NCBI GenBank assembly: GCA_032718475.1
Contig: JAUCBJ010006869.1
Location: 1 to 64,000 of the forward strand
DNA: 64,000 bases
Source: Nemertoderma westbladi
Lineage: Eukaryota > Animalia > Xenacoelomorpha
Direction of reading: 5' to 3'
Below the pieces are notes generated by a model that was not told the DNA's origin, did no database searches, and worked only from the letters and a program-made list of their open reading frames with translations. The position numbers were made by a program, and so were the translations under genes. This document shows, piece by piece, positions 12,813-27,443 of the stretch (position 1 is the first letter of the stretch; the number at the start of each line of letters is the position of its first letter).

Positions 12813-15800
12813 ACTAGTGGTCTAGACAGACGGCAGTGCAGACAGAGCTCATCCATATGATGAATCCCACCATAAAAAAAACTGAAATAGAAAACTTTGT
12901 TGTATAAATGTGTAGAGAAACTATGTGACTAACCCATATAGTCTGTGGAATATTGATCAACCCATATTGAACCGTCCTTTACCTTTTGTACAATATCTCA
13001 TAGCGTCATAAAATGTTTTTACTTAAAGGGTTCGTAACAAAATTTTGACTCCTTTTTGTTTTTACATCGTTATGCAGTTAGTCGAACATCATAATCTATT
13101 TTTTGGACCACTCAAGTAACATTAGAATTGCATTTATCCCGCTGCGTCGCTGAATTCTTCCTTTTCTTTTCGGATTGTTCTGCAGAATTTGAATTCACAA
13201 TATTACGTTTATATTAAATATTATATTATTAATTAATGTTGTTTGTTTTATTATAAAGTTGATTTTACTATTTGTATCTGCGTATATTTCGTGTTTATTT
13301 ACATGTCTATCCGGCTTTATTGCACACAGCCAGAGTCAGTCTCATCCAATACATGAAAAACTGAATATAAAACATTTTTGTTAATAAAAAGTGCGAAATA
13401 TTTTGAGATATTCATAAAATTCTTTAAATTTATTATTAATAGAGCATCAAGGTGGTGTTTGGGACTTTTACGTTATATTAAAAACCAATTCACTGTGTCG
13501 CTACATAATAATAATTAATTACTATAATAATTATAATAATAATTATTTATTGATTGATTTATTGATAATAATTAATATAATAATAATTAATTACGAGTTA
13601 CGACGTCTAGTAATGATGAGATAATTGATTACAGTCTTCATATGAAACTGTAATTACTGTTGTTGTAGTTGGTAATTGTATTAACTGAATGTCAATTTAT
13701 TCTAATTTTGTTGTAACTTGTTATCGTTATAACTATGAATAGGTTGCGATTGCGATGATATTAATAATTTAAATCTATATGTATATGTATGTATATTTAT
13801 ATGTATAGTTAAATTGGCATTTTACGTTGTTGATACAAAATTACTCCTTATACAAACAAAACTCTTAATACTAACTGCTCTAAGTAATAATGTTAACTCT
13901 TTGTGATGTAGAAAACAAGCAGTAAACCCGTGCTATAAGATTGCTATATAGATTGCACGGGTTCAATGAAACTAATTACGATAAATAATTTAATTTACAA
14001 AGCTACTTAAATGTATTTTGATGGGGATTTTATTTTCCTTACTTTTGTCTTTGTGTGTATATTTACAATCATATTGATTTCTAATTTTTCTTATAGATTA
14101 CGAACACAATTTTGTCGTTGTTGTTGAAATTTGACGGAGATTGTGGTATTGGATGGATTCGTAATTTTTTAATAATTTAAATTACAAAATATTTTTTTAG
14201 TCTGTTACATTTAACCGTTATTGTATTTAGAAATTGTACGCCCTATGTGAATCTACATAAATTGAGTACTCGATTTATTTTTTTGTAAATAAAGTTTCGA
14301 ATTTCCTCAATTACTTTCAGTTTTAATGATAAATTTTCGTGGCCATGTATTTCTAGCGGGCCAATCCTTTATCTGTTACTATGGCTGCAGAAATAGCGTA
14401 AAAGCAATCAAAATTACACGCTCTCAGGGGAAAATCAACGCATCTTACGAGAAAAAAGAAACATCAACGCAACATGTTATCTACGAGGGGAAGATAACAT
14501 GTTGCGTTGCTGTTTCATTTTTCTCGTAAGATGCGTCGATCCCCCCCCCCCCCCCCCTCCTCCCAGTCATCACCCCTTCCCATCCATCCTTAGCCGGGCC
14601 AACCAATTAATGTTTTCACTAGTTTTGGATGGTGTCTCCCATATATTACGCCTACAATTAAAGACAGAGTATGAATAAACGTCATTATAAGTATTCTGGG
14701 GAAAAGTCACTTAAAAATCCAAATGGCCGCATGTAAGACCTACCTGGTTAAAGACCCATCAAACATTCTAACGAACTGGTTTCACCGGATCGATCACCCC
14801 TGGACTAAACTGATCGCATGCCCCCTAGCGGCTGGTTCTGCAGTGAGTTCGTGATGAACCACGCCCATGTTGCTGGTTATTGTGAGTGTATATAGGTGGG
14901 TAGCATCCACACCACTGACACTATCTATGATGGGCATTTTCCATGCCCTTCCAAGACATTAATTTTAAACTGGTGTAACTAAAGGTTTCATTTCAATTAA
15001 CATTTATTAACCTCATTGGTGAGGATGATTGGACAACAAGCCAAAGCTTATGTTAAGCCCGTACATCCATAACGATAAACTGTATAAATTGCACCGGCAC
15101 CAAATATATTTTAGATTGATATACTTATTCAAAAAGATGACATACAACTACCATACATATCATACGGACATTGCACACATACATACAAACAGTACGCACA
15201 CCACTACTCATACGCATACGTACTCAACATACATACACGCCCAGACTGCTGCAGAGGTAAGCACTAACGATCCATACTAGAGTTAGATAGAACTACGATA
15301 GAACTAGAATAGACGATTATATTATCAAAACCAGATTACAAAATAATTCAATATAATATACATTATTACAATGCAATATTACAATTTATTGTGTAATATT
15401 AATTAGCGTAAGTTTTGCAATGAGTATGATAGGCACCAAATAAATGGCTCGTGCAATGAATGAATAATGCTACATGTTGCAACACTTGTACAAGTTAAAT
15501 TTGTAAAATCACTCCAGGTAGCCTCCAACTCTCGTTCTATGGCTCCACGAAAATAATAAAAAATATAACAACAACATACAATTTCAGGTAACAGTCCGTA
15601 ATCTGGACCAGGACGTACATATATTTATAGTCTGATTTGTAAATGAAATAAAAACAATTACGGTACTTGGTATTATTATTATTATGCCGGGTTGGAATTT
15701 TAGTACCCCAAATGGAATCTTCCTGTCTTCTCTACGAAATCAGTGATTGCATAAATTATGGATTCGGCCCCATTCAGATCATTCTTATTTTGGGGGCCTT

Positions 15801-16684
15801 GCAATAATAGAAACAATGAGGGACGGAAACCAAGAGAAACAATATTGGCTTGCATAATGAGGTGGAAGTTATGGTACAAAGGGCATTCAAAGAAGTAATG
15901 GAAAGCACCCTCTTTAACGTGACCACACCGGCAACTTTTAGATGGTTTAATAAAGTTTGAAAAAAAGGTCGCAATTTAGAGATAAACAATTGCATCGCAG
16001 GCGGGATAACAAACCATTTATTGCTGGCGAACCCATTAAGTAATATGGTGGAACATAGTGGACCTTGCATACTAAGGGGTGTGTATAGTTTTAAATGATT
16101 GGAGGGTTTCAGAATTACGGATCTCAATGGGCATGGAGGGTTTCAGAATTACGGATCTCTATGGGCAATGTGTTCAATAGCCTTACTGATGATGGTAAAA
16201 GGCATTTTTATAAAAATTGCTCCGAGCAAAAGGAGGACGCAAGTCTAACGAATTGCGAGTGGCGCGTTGGCTAATACTGCTAAAAGTTGAGGGGAGAGTG
16301 GCCCTTAAGTGACCAAGGGGGGGACCCATTCATCATTTTATACATAATTACAAGTTTCTAAAAGTTTCGGCGCTCTTGCAGAGTACATAGCCCAGACTCA
16401 GCATATCAATTAGAGGAAGAGCAAGATACTGTTAATTTGCAGATTATTCTAATCGCTTCCTTTTTCAGTAGTTCCAGGGTGATTTTTAATTCCTCTGAAC
16501 AGTTATCCCAGACTGGACTAGCATATTCTAAGGTAGATAGATAGATCTAATAAATGAAACATAAATATTGTTAAGAGCTTTCCTATTGACAACTGACTAA
16601 ATCACTTGAACAACGAATTTATGGTTGCTACACAAGACTACTAAGGCTACTACAGTACTACTACTACGGCTACTAAGACTACTA

Positions 16685-16977
16685 CACATGACAAACGCCG
16701 AGCTTTATGGTTCACTACCACCTGTATCAACCACCCTCCGTGAACGCAGATTCAGTGGGCACTGCTGGCGAAGTAAAGACGAGGTCATACCAGATCTACT
16801 TCTCTGGCAACCAACTCATGGAAAGCGTAGTCGTGGACGACCGGCCATAACATATATAGATCAACTTGAAAGGGATACTGAACTTGGGAGAAACGAAATT
16901 GCGACAACTATGGAGAATCGGGAAGCCTGGAAGGATCTCATTTCCACTGTCAGAGTTCGCTCGACCTAGTAGTAGTA
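16685..16977 (+). mobile_element. RTE-clade LINE 3' fragment with (TAG)n tail
   Basis: HMTNAELYG..GHCWR..LLLWQP.HGKRSRGRP.TYIDQL..MENREAW is the C-terminal signature of RTE ORFs; TAGTAGTAGTA follows the stop. Confidence 0.85.
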
Positions 16978-17759
16978 TTGACAATATATATTACCGAACG
17001 CAACATGTTCTATTTCCTACTTGCACGACTAATCATGCAAATGCCACTTTAAGTCTAGTGTCAGTATACAGCCGAGGTGTTTATTCTCATTAACTTAACA
17101 ATGGGGACATTATTATTATTATTATAACTAAAGGTTTGTTTACATAAAGGGGGTGATGAGTTTGTTTAAGAAAAATCATTATTTTTTTTTATATACATCC
17201 CCTTACGGGCTAAATGGTTTTATTACTTATTATTAATTCGATTTAAAAGCACTATTATAGTCATGAATCATGATCATAGGAATGCGTTAATAAAATTTAA
17301 ATTAAATATTAAAATATATAATAAAGAGTATAAAAGGGGAGAAAAGCGAGTTAAAAAAGGGGCGATTTATATGTTTCAGGTTTCCAGTTGTCGTAGTGGC
17401 GGGCATGAGTCGCAGTTAAATACATGATAAATGTAAGTAGATGAACCTCCGCAGTATTTGCAGGGGCAGTCAACGGATAATTCGTGGAATTGTGTTAATG
17501 TTACATAGTTTCCAATAGAAGCCGTGAACGGTTGATCTTGAAATTAAATGTCGGTTTCTTTGTCCGGCAGTGCGCCACCAGGTGTTACTTGTGAAAGCTG
17601 GCCCATGTATATAGTTTTTTGTATTACACAAATCATCTTTACTATTCAGAAACATGTTATATTGTTCGAAAACGTCGGAATTGAATAATGACGGGAATTT
17701 ATGGTTGAGATCTTCGATATACGTTTTGCATCCGACCATCTTCAATCAATGACCAAGAG

Positions 17760-18400
17760 GCGTTTTTAGGAAATCGGACACGATATGAAAAAAATAAAAC
17801 TTTAAAAAATAAGCAATATGTCATGATTTATTGGGTAAAATTTCATAAATTTTTCGAATTTGACAAAATTAACATTGATTTGAGGGTACAAAGTAGAAAA
17901 TTTTGCGATTATGTCGACCATCATCAAGGAAACACGTAAAACTCGTAAAAAATCAAAAAATAAAAATATTTTTTTTACTGTTTATCAATATACAGTAGGC
18001 TATCCTTGGTATCATTGTAATCAGCCGTAAATGCACATTCCAAGGAGGTAGTTCTACGCCATAAACAAACATAGAACGCTTCACTTACAATGAGCATTAA
18101 AAGCTACCTGTATCCAATTGTAACGTCAGATACTTTTTTTTACATTTTTTCTGAATTACTTTTCTATTGTTTGGCAAACCATTTCGAAATTAAAATGACT
18201 CAATGCCGACGTAAGATGGGCGTCTCTTGTGCCATTTACAGCAATCTAGGCTACCATAAAAGCTGTGATTTCAGTGATTGAAGTTTGTAACGTCCGACAC
18301 ATTGTAACGTCCGACACATTGTAACGTCCGACACATTGTAACGTCCGACACTATTATTATTTAATGTTTAAATTGCAGTGTATAGTGTAAAAGGCATAAA
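17760..18400 (+). repeat. Dispersed repeat (probable non-autonomous DNA transposon) with 17-bp TTGTAACGTCCGACACA units, copy 1
   Basis: Direct copy at ~47430-47960; 4 tandem 17-mers here against 2 there. Confidence 0.8.
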
Positions 18401-19079
18401 TAAATAAAAATAGGTTTCAATAATTGCGATTTTCGATTCAAATTCATTCAGGTGTGAAACCTTAGTATTTTGATGATTTGGCAATTGTTGGTGAAATTGA
18501 AAATGGTTTTCAGATTCGGAATCTGCAGATGAAGGCGGTTCTTAAATGATATCTAGAGTAGGCCTACATTCCAAAGACGAAAAGTAAAGCTGACGGAGGT
18601 GGCTAAATATTGCTCCTTTTTATGTAACGTCCAACACGCAAAGTCCGACACCATTCCTAATTACAAATGTCGGCTTCAAAGGATCTGTAAATTTAACTTT
18701 TAGTCACAACCCTGGAATGGAGTAGAATAAGTTCAATTAAAATGCAGGAAACATAATGCTGTGATTACCAACTAGTTTATAAATCTCAAACTTATAATTA
18801 AATTTTGGTAAATTCGAATAATTCGAGGAAATAGTATAAATGTTAAAAATTCAACTTTAAGTAAGAGGTGTGAAATACACAATTTTACTTATTTTTTATA
18901 ACAAATAAATAAACAACAGCACCATTAAATACAAAACGTGATGTTAAATTACCGCCTGTAAAATGAAACCCGAAACAAAATACACATAAATAAATATATA
19001 AATAATGGTTCCAGTTACCATGGCTACTGATAGAGGGTGACACAATGATGGCCCAAAAACTATAAAGTACAACCGTTTC

Positions 19080-19400
19080 CACTGTGGGGGCGAGCCACGA
19101 AAGAAAGCGAGCTTATAACATACGGGTACCACTAACTCAATAGGTGTGTCTGTTTTTTCTGTTGTGTCCAATTTTGAACGTTAATAACTCGGCCAATCCT
19201 CAATGAAATCTAACCAAACCTGTTACACATGTTGTTTGGCAAAAGTGTAGAAATTTTAAAAGTTGAATTTGCGTCTGGCCTAAGAGAAGCTAAGCTAAAA
19301 GCAGTTAATTAAGTTGATTACGGTAAAAAACAGCATTTTCAACCTCCCTTTTAATGGGAATTAATTATTTTACAGTATAAGATATAAATAAATATACCGG
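19080..19400 (-). mobile_element. Second copy of the 8030-8395 element
   Basis: Reverse complement matches 8050-8390, e.g. ATTGGCCGAGTTATTAACGTT and TTTTGCCAAACAACATGTGT. Confidence 0.75.
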
Positions 19401-19539
19401 TACTTAAATATTATTTCCTTCGCCCGCGTCACGCGACATACCTTCGCCCGGGGGAAACCTAGCCCGCAAGGAAATCTTCGCCCGCGAGCAACCTTCGCCC
19501 AATAAGATTTGTGTTAGTAACCATTTTAGTTACCAATTG

Positions 19540-20520
19540 AGGGAAAGGAGCAGGTTACAGAGACGGCTTCTTCTATCCAAAACAATAAACGATGATGTAA
19601 CCAATTCAGGGAAAGGACCAGTTTACAGAAACCGCTTTTTCAAACCAAAAAAAAAAACAAAAAAATCATAAGATTGGACGCGGGTGAAATTTTCTAGCCG
19701 GCGAAATTTCCTGCGTACTCTCATAACTGAGCCTCGTGCTGCGCGAAGGCCCCACGAACGTGTATGTAAGTAACATGTTACAACTTACTGTACAAAATCA
19801 AACGAAAATCATAGACGATTTGTAATTAGTTAGAATGAGTCGGATCTGAAAAGGGAGACATGGTGGGAGGGGGGTGGGGGGGGGGGGGGGATCCTTTGTT
19901 GCTTAACTCAAATTCCACCTTGACGAATTAATATATCGTCTTCGCGAATTAACAATGTTAATTGTCAATTAAGCATACAGTATCGCAAAATGAGACTGCA
20001 ATTTTGATAAAAGTTATCTCCAGCGCAAATTGATCGCATAGGAAATAATGTTATGTTTATTATTTTGGTTAGAAAACCCCGCCATTATAGCCTGCTCTTT
20101 TCCCTTAATGTTATGAATTAAATTAAGCTTTAAACTCACTAAACACATAGTTGGCGTTTGCGGTAATTTTGCGCCATAAACTCACATTAAAGGAAAGTAT
20201 CCAGTACATTCAGTGAAAGTAATTCTAAAACAATAAAATTATAGTCCATCCCTCTCCAGGGAAAACAACGTAAAAATAACATCTGATTACTCTCAAAAAT
20301 AAAACTGTAACCTGTTATATTTACTTTCGTTTATTGTTTTGGTTAGATAGAATAACGTGCCAGCAGGTTATACATTTGTGTTTTTATGGTTGCTAGGTGA
20401 GATGTTTTGTCAGCTGGTGACGGGTTTTATAATAAATTTATTAATAAAAGAAATGTGCCGGAGAGGTAAGTAAAAAAAATAAAGTGCCACACTGAAACCT
20501 GCTCATTTCCATTAATGCTA
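19540..20520. repeat. Dispersed repeat family with GGGAAAGGAGCAGGTTACAG / AAAACAATAAAC motifs and G-runs
   Basis: The same motifs recur at ~28225-28430 (-), ~47160-47240, ~52580-52815 and ~53820-54100. Confidence 0.6.
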
Positions 20521-21898
20521 ATCGATTATTATGATTGCTAATTCGCTGCTGCGAGATATTAATTACAAAAACATTAAAAGTAACTTACACAGACTCACTA
20601 AATATTCTGACTGTATTATTGTAAATAATTTCACTGTGAAATGAATTTGAATCAGCTAAGAATACGATTAAAGTTTAAAATATACGAAAAATGACCGCCA
20701 ATTTTACAAACTAAAAGTAATGTATAATAATATTGAGTTACTGTTTACATTTTACATCAATAACACAAATTACTAATATTAAATGTATCGTAATAAATAT
20801 AAAACACAGTGAAGCGACACATTTAGTAAAAGCGTGTGAATTGCAGTGGAGTGTGACGCTAATTAAATTGTGTGTTGTGTGGGTGTGACTACCCCGAAAC
20901 AGTCACTTATAACTTAAATGAAACCCAAAATTAAATAAGTTTAAATATTTTCAATAATTTAGCCACAAAATAGATTGATTCAACCCCAAAATAAAATAAA
21001 TATATACAACAAAATATAGTATAATATTAGGAATATTAGTTCTTATATGAACAACGAACAGTTATTTCGGTAGAGCTATTAGAAATATTTTGCTTATCAA
21101 ACTGAAAGAAAGTAAACTAAGTAATACTTTTTTTTACATTGTAAATTTAGGTTTGTGGATTCAATTGTAAGATTCACGTTACAAAGTTACCGAAAAACTT
21201 ATATACATTACATACTGCAAAAGGTTCCCAAATTTAATTTTGCGAATTAAAGCTGGATAATCAAATTCAATTGTAAATACATGAAATTAATAAAAATTGG
21301 AAAAAAAGTTGAAATCTTATACAAGTTCATACGCGGGTATAGGCCTACATAATTCAGCGAGAAACTTACAGTAAGTTGCTCAAAAAGTTGCTAACAGAGT
21401 TGCCCAAAACATTCCGGAGTGTAAACATGCATTTCGTAAGAGTTATTTTCTAAAAACTTTTAATTTTCAAAATTCCATATTCAGGTATAGGTACGTTTTG
21501 CGAAAACCTATAAGAAATCGATCTTATTTTGGTAGCGATGGATGGCGTACTACTGTACTAAATATTGCCGGTAGTTACAATGTACGCCGTACATTGTAAT
21601 GTAACTACCGGCAATATTTAGTTACTCGTAACTAAGGAAGTACCTACTACTACCAACCCTATAACTGTATAAATGTACCGGTAACTAGGCCTATAATAAA
21701 TTGCATTACTAGATTCCTGTATTGCATTCCATTACCGAATGGCACATATAGCAGCATAGTGGTTTTTCTAATGGGTAGCCACATAGGTAAGGCGAAACAA
21801 AAGCATTTAAGGATTAAATTGAAACGACTGTAGGTAGTTCCACGATACAGTCTGATAGTTGTTCAAAGGAAGATAACTTATTAGATGAATTAGCCTCG

Positions 21899-22282
21899 TC
21901 ATTGTGACTGTGATTGATTCTTTATTATTATAGGGATAATAATAATTAGCAAGAGTACAAGAACAACCCCTAATAGTATCAACCATGTCCGACAATTCTG
22001 CCACCACATGGACCTCTGTAGAGTTCGGGAACGAACACGGAATTGGTCGGCACTGACAGACAGATCGGCCGACCTATCCTCTAGATCTTCCAATCTCTCT
22101 CCCCTGTCCATGACGCGGCTTATGTTTTCGCGCATTACACCTATGACTCCCTGCACCTGGTGCTGCACCTCTCGGATTTTGGAGTCGCGTTGTCCGGAAT
22201 CGGGGTCGGCGAACGGGTTGTAATCGTCGTCGCTAGCGCCTCCGTGGAGGAGGTTGGTTCTCTCGCTGTTTCTTGTCGCCAT
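21899..22282 (-). CDS. VAMP4: Vesicle-associated membrane protein 4 (R-SNARE), intronless, 127 aa
   Basis: SERTNLL dileucine motif + acidic patch; SNARE motif VIGVMRENISRVMDRGERLEDL; MWW followed by a C-terminal TM helix. Confidence 0.9.
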   Translation of the reverse strand: MATRNSERTNLLHGGASDDDYNPFADPDSGQRDSKIREVQHQVQGVIGVMRENISRVMDRGERLEDLEDRSADLSVSADQFRVRSRTLQRSMWWQNCRTWLILLGVVLVLLLIIIIPIIIKNQSQSQ

Positions 22283-22646
22283 AACAATACCGGTAACTTA
22301 GCCTGTTCAGCTGAAAATACCAATACTGCAGTACTGTGTTAGCAGCTCATCTATCAGTCTCGACAGTACCGGCTGACCGGTACTGCAGTGCAGTAGGCTG
22401 GGCTGGGCAGCTGGGAGACAGGGCTGAGAACGAGAAGCAGGGAAGGCCTACAGCACAGCCTACGACAGTACGATATCGATCGTAGAATCTGAGAATAGGA
22501 TAGGCCCAACAGTCAGCCCTTCGCCTTCCCTTCAGTGCTTGACAACTGGACAATGCTGCAATGAATGACAATTTCTGCAGTTGTTCTGCAGTTGGCTGTT
22601 TTACAATTTATAAGTCAGTACTATACTGCTCAAAGTGGTTGGCAGC

Positions 22647-22877
22647 ACTCAGCTGGTCATAGCAATTTACCTTAGAGTCTTAGGTTGAGCTAATAGATTG
22701 GCTTGTTATTGGTTGTGGCAAGATCCAGCCAGATTTATTAATATTGACTGCGTTGTAGTGAGTGTTAAGTTTACAATAATATTTAAGGAATGGATGAATG
22801 AATGACGGTTATTGAAAATAATTTATAATTGGCTGAATTGGTTTGGTTGTATCAAACACATATTTCATTGTATTATA
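22647..22877 (+). repeat. ~230-bp direct repeat, copy 1
   Basis: Matches 28602-28833 (CACTCAGCTGGTCATAGCAATTTA ... TCATTGTATTATA). Confidence 0.85.
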
Positions 22878-24599
22878 TAATATATAATAATAGATATGAT
22901 ATATATTATGGTGGAGTGAAAAAAAGATTTTTCTTTATTTTTAAGGGAAGCATTATTTTCTGATGCCAAATCGGTCTAAACTAACTTTGCAAAAAAAAAT
23001 TTTGATTTCGAAAAATTCTAAGCGGGCCTCACGGCACTTGAAAATTTCAAATTTTTGGGAAGGCAATGCCAGTATTGAAAATCCCAGATATTTTGTATTT
23101 TTGATAAAAGTTAAGGAAGATGCAAATATATAATGCCAAATAGGTTGGAAACAAACACAAAATGTGAAATTGTGAATTTCATATAAATCTACCCCAGCCT
23201 CATGGCCTTTAAAATTTTGCCAAATTTCACCCTAAAAATACAGCAAAGCACTTTGTAGTCTCTATAGTTGAAATCGATTTACTGGGGTTTGGAGTTCTTC
23301 CTGAGAGAAAACCAAGTCCCCTGATTTGATTACTACTATATTTCAATGCTAGAAACCCAGCTAGCTGGCTGTGAATTTGCCTTTGGATCAAATTCCCAAT
23401 AAGTATGTTATAAACAGTAGGTATACCTACTGTTTATAACATACTTCCTTATATACTTATATACTTCCATACTTCTTTCTATATATAGAAAGAAGGATAA
23501 TTCTAAATTAGGAAAACAATAGTAAAACAGTAAAACACTAGAAAAACACTGTAAAGCACCCGGAAAACAGTAAAAATATTGATCAGCAGGAAATATAACA
23601 CGTATACTACTCTGAATTGGTAATCCTAAATGTACTCCTCTCACAGCACACCTTAAGTAATCACCTTAAAACATAGGGAAACACTATAAACTCTCCAGAA
23701 AACAGTGAAAAAATGATTGGCAATAAATAGCATTAAATTTTACCTAATATGCTGATAAAAAATAAATTGAAAGAGTCTAATACTACACAGAAACCATTGT
23801 TGCCAGGCAACCAAGGAACAGTAACCAATCAGCATGCATTTCAGCACTATCCTGTTTTACTGGTAAGGCAGTAGAGGCCATAGTAATGGTGGATTCTGGT
23901 AGTAGTGTATTCCAATATTCAAGTATTGTTAGGGTTGGATCTTGTCATCTGCTAATGCTAAATGTTGAACAGTTAAAGTGCAGATGTTGTAGTATTTAAT
24001 ATTAAGACAGCAAGAGGGCCACATTTAGGTCCTGCCTACAGAAATACTGTAGTGAAGTGGCATGCTAGCAGCGTGGATGCAAGATCTATAGAACCCATCA
24101 CACATGATTTTCTAGTCAGTTCGGTTTTCTGGTATTAATGGTATCCTTAATACTAAATGCCGCAACATCTGCACTTCAACTACATCAACATTTAGCAGAT
24201 GAAATCGTGGGGTGGGTGGTAAAACGTCCTAAGTCTAAAAAAGTTGTTCTGAGAAAACACGTTTTTTGTTTACTATTTTAACAAAAATGCACATTTACAC
24301 TGTTTTATTTCTCTTTCTAACTTTAAAAGGGTGTTGAATCGTTTTCTGATACCAGAAATACAGATAAACAGCCTCCTTGTAGGGCTTTTTGACAAATTTG
24401 CAACATAGGCCGTTTTACCAATTTATATTTTAATGCGACATAGGACATTATATAACCAATCTTTTTTATGTTTATAACATAGGACGTTTTACCAACTTAA
24501 ATATTTATGCGACATAGGACATTTTACAAACTTTTTTCCAAGAAGTTTCGCAAAATGATCTAAAGATAAACCAACATAAAGTTTAATCACTTTCAATTT

Positions 24600-26490
24600 C
24601 GTCATTTCCCGCAACTATGATATCATCATTCACGAATTGAGATTCCGACAGTGTTTCGTAATATGCCCAGTTTGTTTTTGATATAAGACCTTGTTGGCAA
24701 ATATCAAGTAAATCTTTTTTTTTCTTTAGACCAATCTTACGGGGACCAGTGAAAGCTAGAGACAGAGATGGGAGATTCTTACCTGCTGCATAAACTTCTT
24801 TACCTGTAGCTTTTCCTTTAAAATTTTGCTTTTTCCCCTTTCCTTTACTACGTAGATTACATCTGTCTCCAACTTTAGTTTCAACTTTTGGTTTAATTTC
24901 AACAATGGTTCATCCTCACTAAAGCTGTATTTAAACTGAATGATGTTAGTATTTGTTTTCTGAAACCTCATCCATTTGACCTTTTGCCAGTTAACATACT
25001 GTTTTTTCTGTTTTTTACAGCTCCGTTTGTTGATCATTTTACCACTTTGGTCACCGACCTGTTCACCATTACATTCACCAATACGTCCACCCCTTTCTTC
25101 AACGACCTATTCACCACTCCGTCCACCAATACATCCAACCCTTTCTTCAACGACCTGTTCACCACTCCGTCCACCAATAAGTCTACCCCTTTCTTCACCG
25201 ACCTGTTCAAAACTCCGTCCACCAATACATCCACCCCTTTGTTCAACGACCTGTTCACCACTCCGTCCACCAATACATCCACCCCTTTGTTCAACGACCT
25301 GTTCACCACTCCGTCCACCAATACATCCACCCCTTTGTTCAACGACCTGTTCACAACTCCGTCCACCAATACATCCACCCCTTTGTTCAACGACCTGTTC
25401 ACCACTCCGTCCACCAATACATCCACCCCTTTGTTCAACGACCTGTTCACCACTCCGTCCACCAATACATCCACCCCTTTGTTCAACGACCTGTTCACCA
25501 CTCCGTCCACCAATACATCCACCCCTTTGTTCAACGACCTGTTCACAACTCCGTCCACCAATAAGTCTACCCTTTCTTCACCGACCTGTTCACCACTCCG
25601 TCCACCAATACATCCACCCCTTTGTTCAACGACCTGTTCACCACTCCGTCCACCAATAATCTACCCCTTTCTTCAACGACCTGTTCACCACTCCGTCCAC
25701 CAATACATCCACCCCTTTGTTCAACGACCTGTTCACCACTCCGTCCACCAATAAGTCTACCCCTTTCTTCACCGACCTGTTCAAAACTCCGTCCACCAAT
25801 ACATCCACCCCTTTCTTCAACGACCTGTTCACCACTCCGTCCACCAATACATCCACCCCTTTGTTCAACGACCTGTTCACAACTCCGTCCACCAATAAGT
25901 CTACCCCTTTCTTCACCGACCTGTTCACCACTCCGTCCACCAATACATCCACCCCTTTGTTCAACGACCTGTTCACAACTCCGTCCACCAATAATTCTAC
26001 CCCTTTCTTCACCGACCTGTTCACCACTCCGTCCACCAATACATCCACCCCTTTCTTCAACGACCTGTTCACCACTCCGTCCACCAATACATCCACCCCT
26101 TTCTTCAACGACCTGTTCACCACTACATTCACCTATTCGTTCACACCTTCGTTCACCATTCACCTGTCCACCACTCCCTACACCAACCTCTACACTGATC
26201 TGTTTTTCGACTGTATCATTGACACTAATGTCACTTATTACACGACGGTTAACAATAAGAACCTTACATAGTTTCTTGAAATCGTAGATATCACTTTGTT
26301 TTAACCAAGTGATCTTATATGGATTATTTCGCCTCGCTCCCAGAATTATATTTGTCCAATCATTAGGAACTTTAACTACCTGATTAGATTTAGCATACTC
26401 TATTGCGGAGTGCATGCTGTCCCCTTCCATATAGCTATGTCCACTTTCGATTTTTATCTTTGAATTAGTTCTGTCTAGAATACTAAACAT
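24600..26490 (-). pseudogene. Sola1 transposase C-terminal remnant interrupted by a minisatellite
   Basis: GHSYMEGDSMHSAIE..VPNDW..NPY..IYDFK, then after the repeat VNWQKVKW..QFKYSF and KKKDLLDIC..ISKTNWAYYETL in shifted frames. Confidence 0.8.
25050..26130. repeat. 48-bp minisatellite, ~22 copies
   Basis: Unit CCACTCCGTCCACCAATACATCCACCCCTTTGTTCAACGACCTGTTCA; 16-aa periodic translations in the ORF track. Confidence 0.95.
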
Positions 26491-27443
26491 TGCGACATTT
26501 TGGTCTTTCTGGAATCACTAAATGCCATTCAGCAACAAATACTAACTATTAATAGTAATGGAACTCCTGTCTTGACTGACCTTTAACGTGACAAAACGTC
26601 CTATGTTTCACTTTTATTCGTTATTTGTAATCGTTTTTTCGACTTAGGACAACTTACCACCTTAAGTATAAAGTTAGGACGTTTTACCATCCGTAGCCTT
26701 AACTTAGGACAACTGAAAATTTGCAAATAACTCCGTTAAACTGTTATTTTATCACTAATCCTTTGGTAGAAAGGAGGGAAATTCTATTTTATACCCGATT
26801 CACTCAAAACATGAATTTTGAGAAAATTTGACTTAGGACGTTTTACCACCCGCCCCACGAAATGGTCTAACACTAACAATACTGGAATACACTATGTAAT
26901 ACCAGCATACAGCAACACTGGAACTACTGTCTGACCAGTAAAACAAGGATATTGCTGAACTCGATGCTGATTTCTTCTTTCACCTAATATTATTAGCAGC
27001 ATATCAAGCAAACAGTCAAGGCGAACCCGAAGGCTCATCTTTCGATAGCTGCTACCCGAGTGTAGGGGTGGGCGCTACTCCTATCCCAAGATTTGCTGCC
27101 AAGATTGGTTATATCTGTTATATTTTTACTGTTTTCCGTGTGCTTTACAGTGTTTTCCATATGTTTTACTATGTTTTCCTAATTTGGCTAAATTAGGAAA
27201 ACACTATTATAATAGTAAAACAATAAAACATATGAAATACACTGTAAAGTACCCGGGAAACAGTAAAAATATTGATCAACAGGAAATTTAATACATCTAT
27301 TACACCGAATTGGTAATCTTAAATGTACTCCTCGCATAGCACACGATAAGTAATCTCTGTAAAACATAGGGAAAACATTATAAACCATCTGGAAACAGTG
27401 AAAAAAATGATCAGCATTAAATTTTACCTATTTGCTGCTAGAA

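Larger units (their letters stand above)
24206..26859 (-). mobile_element. Sola1-type DNA transposon, internally deleted, nested in the foldback element
   Basis: 30-bp TIR CGTGGGG(T/C)GGGTGGTAAAACGTCCTAAGTC; 4-bp TSD AAAT (24202-24205, 26860-26863); transposase remnant inside. Confidence 0.85.

Noticed and set aside
24976-26287. Mucin-like or nucleoporin-like repeat proteins
   Set aside because: Stop-poor 48-bp minisatellite open in several frames on both strands inside a dead transposase.
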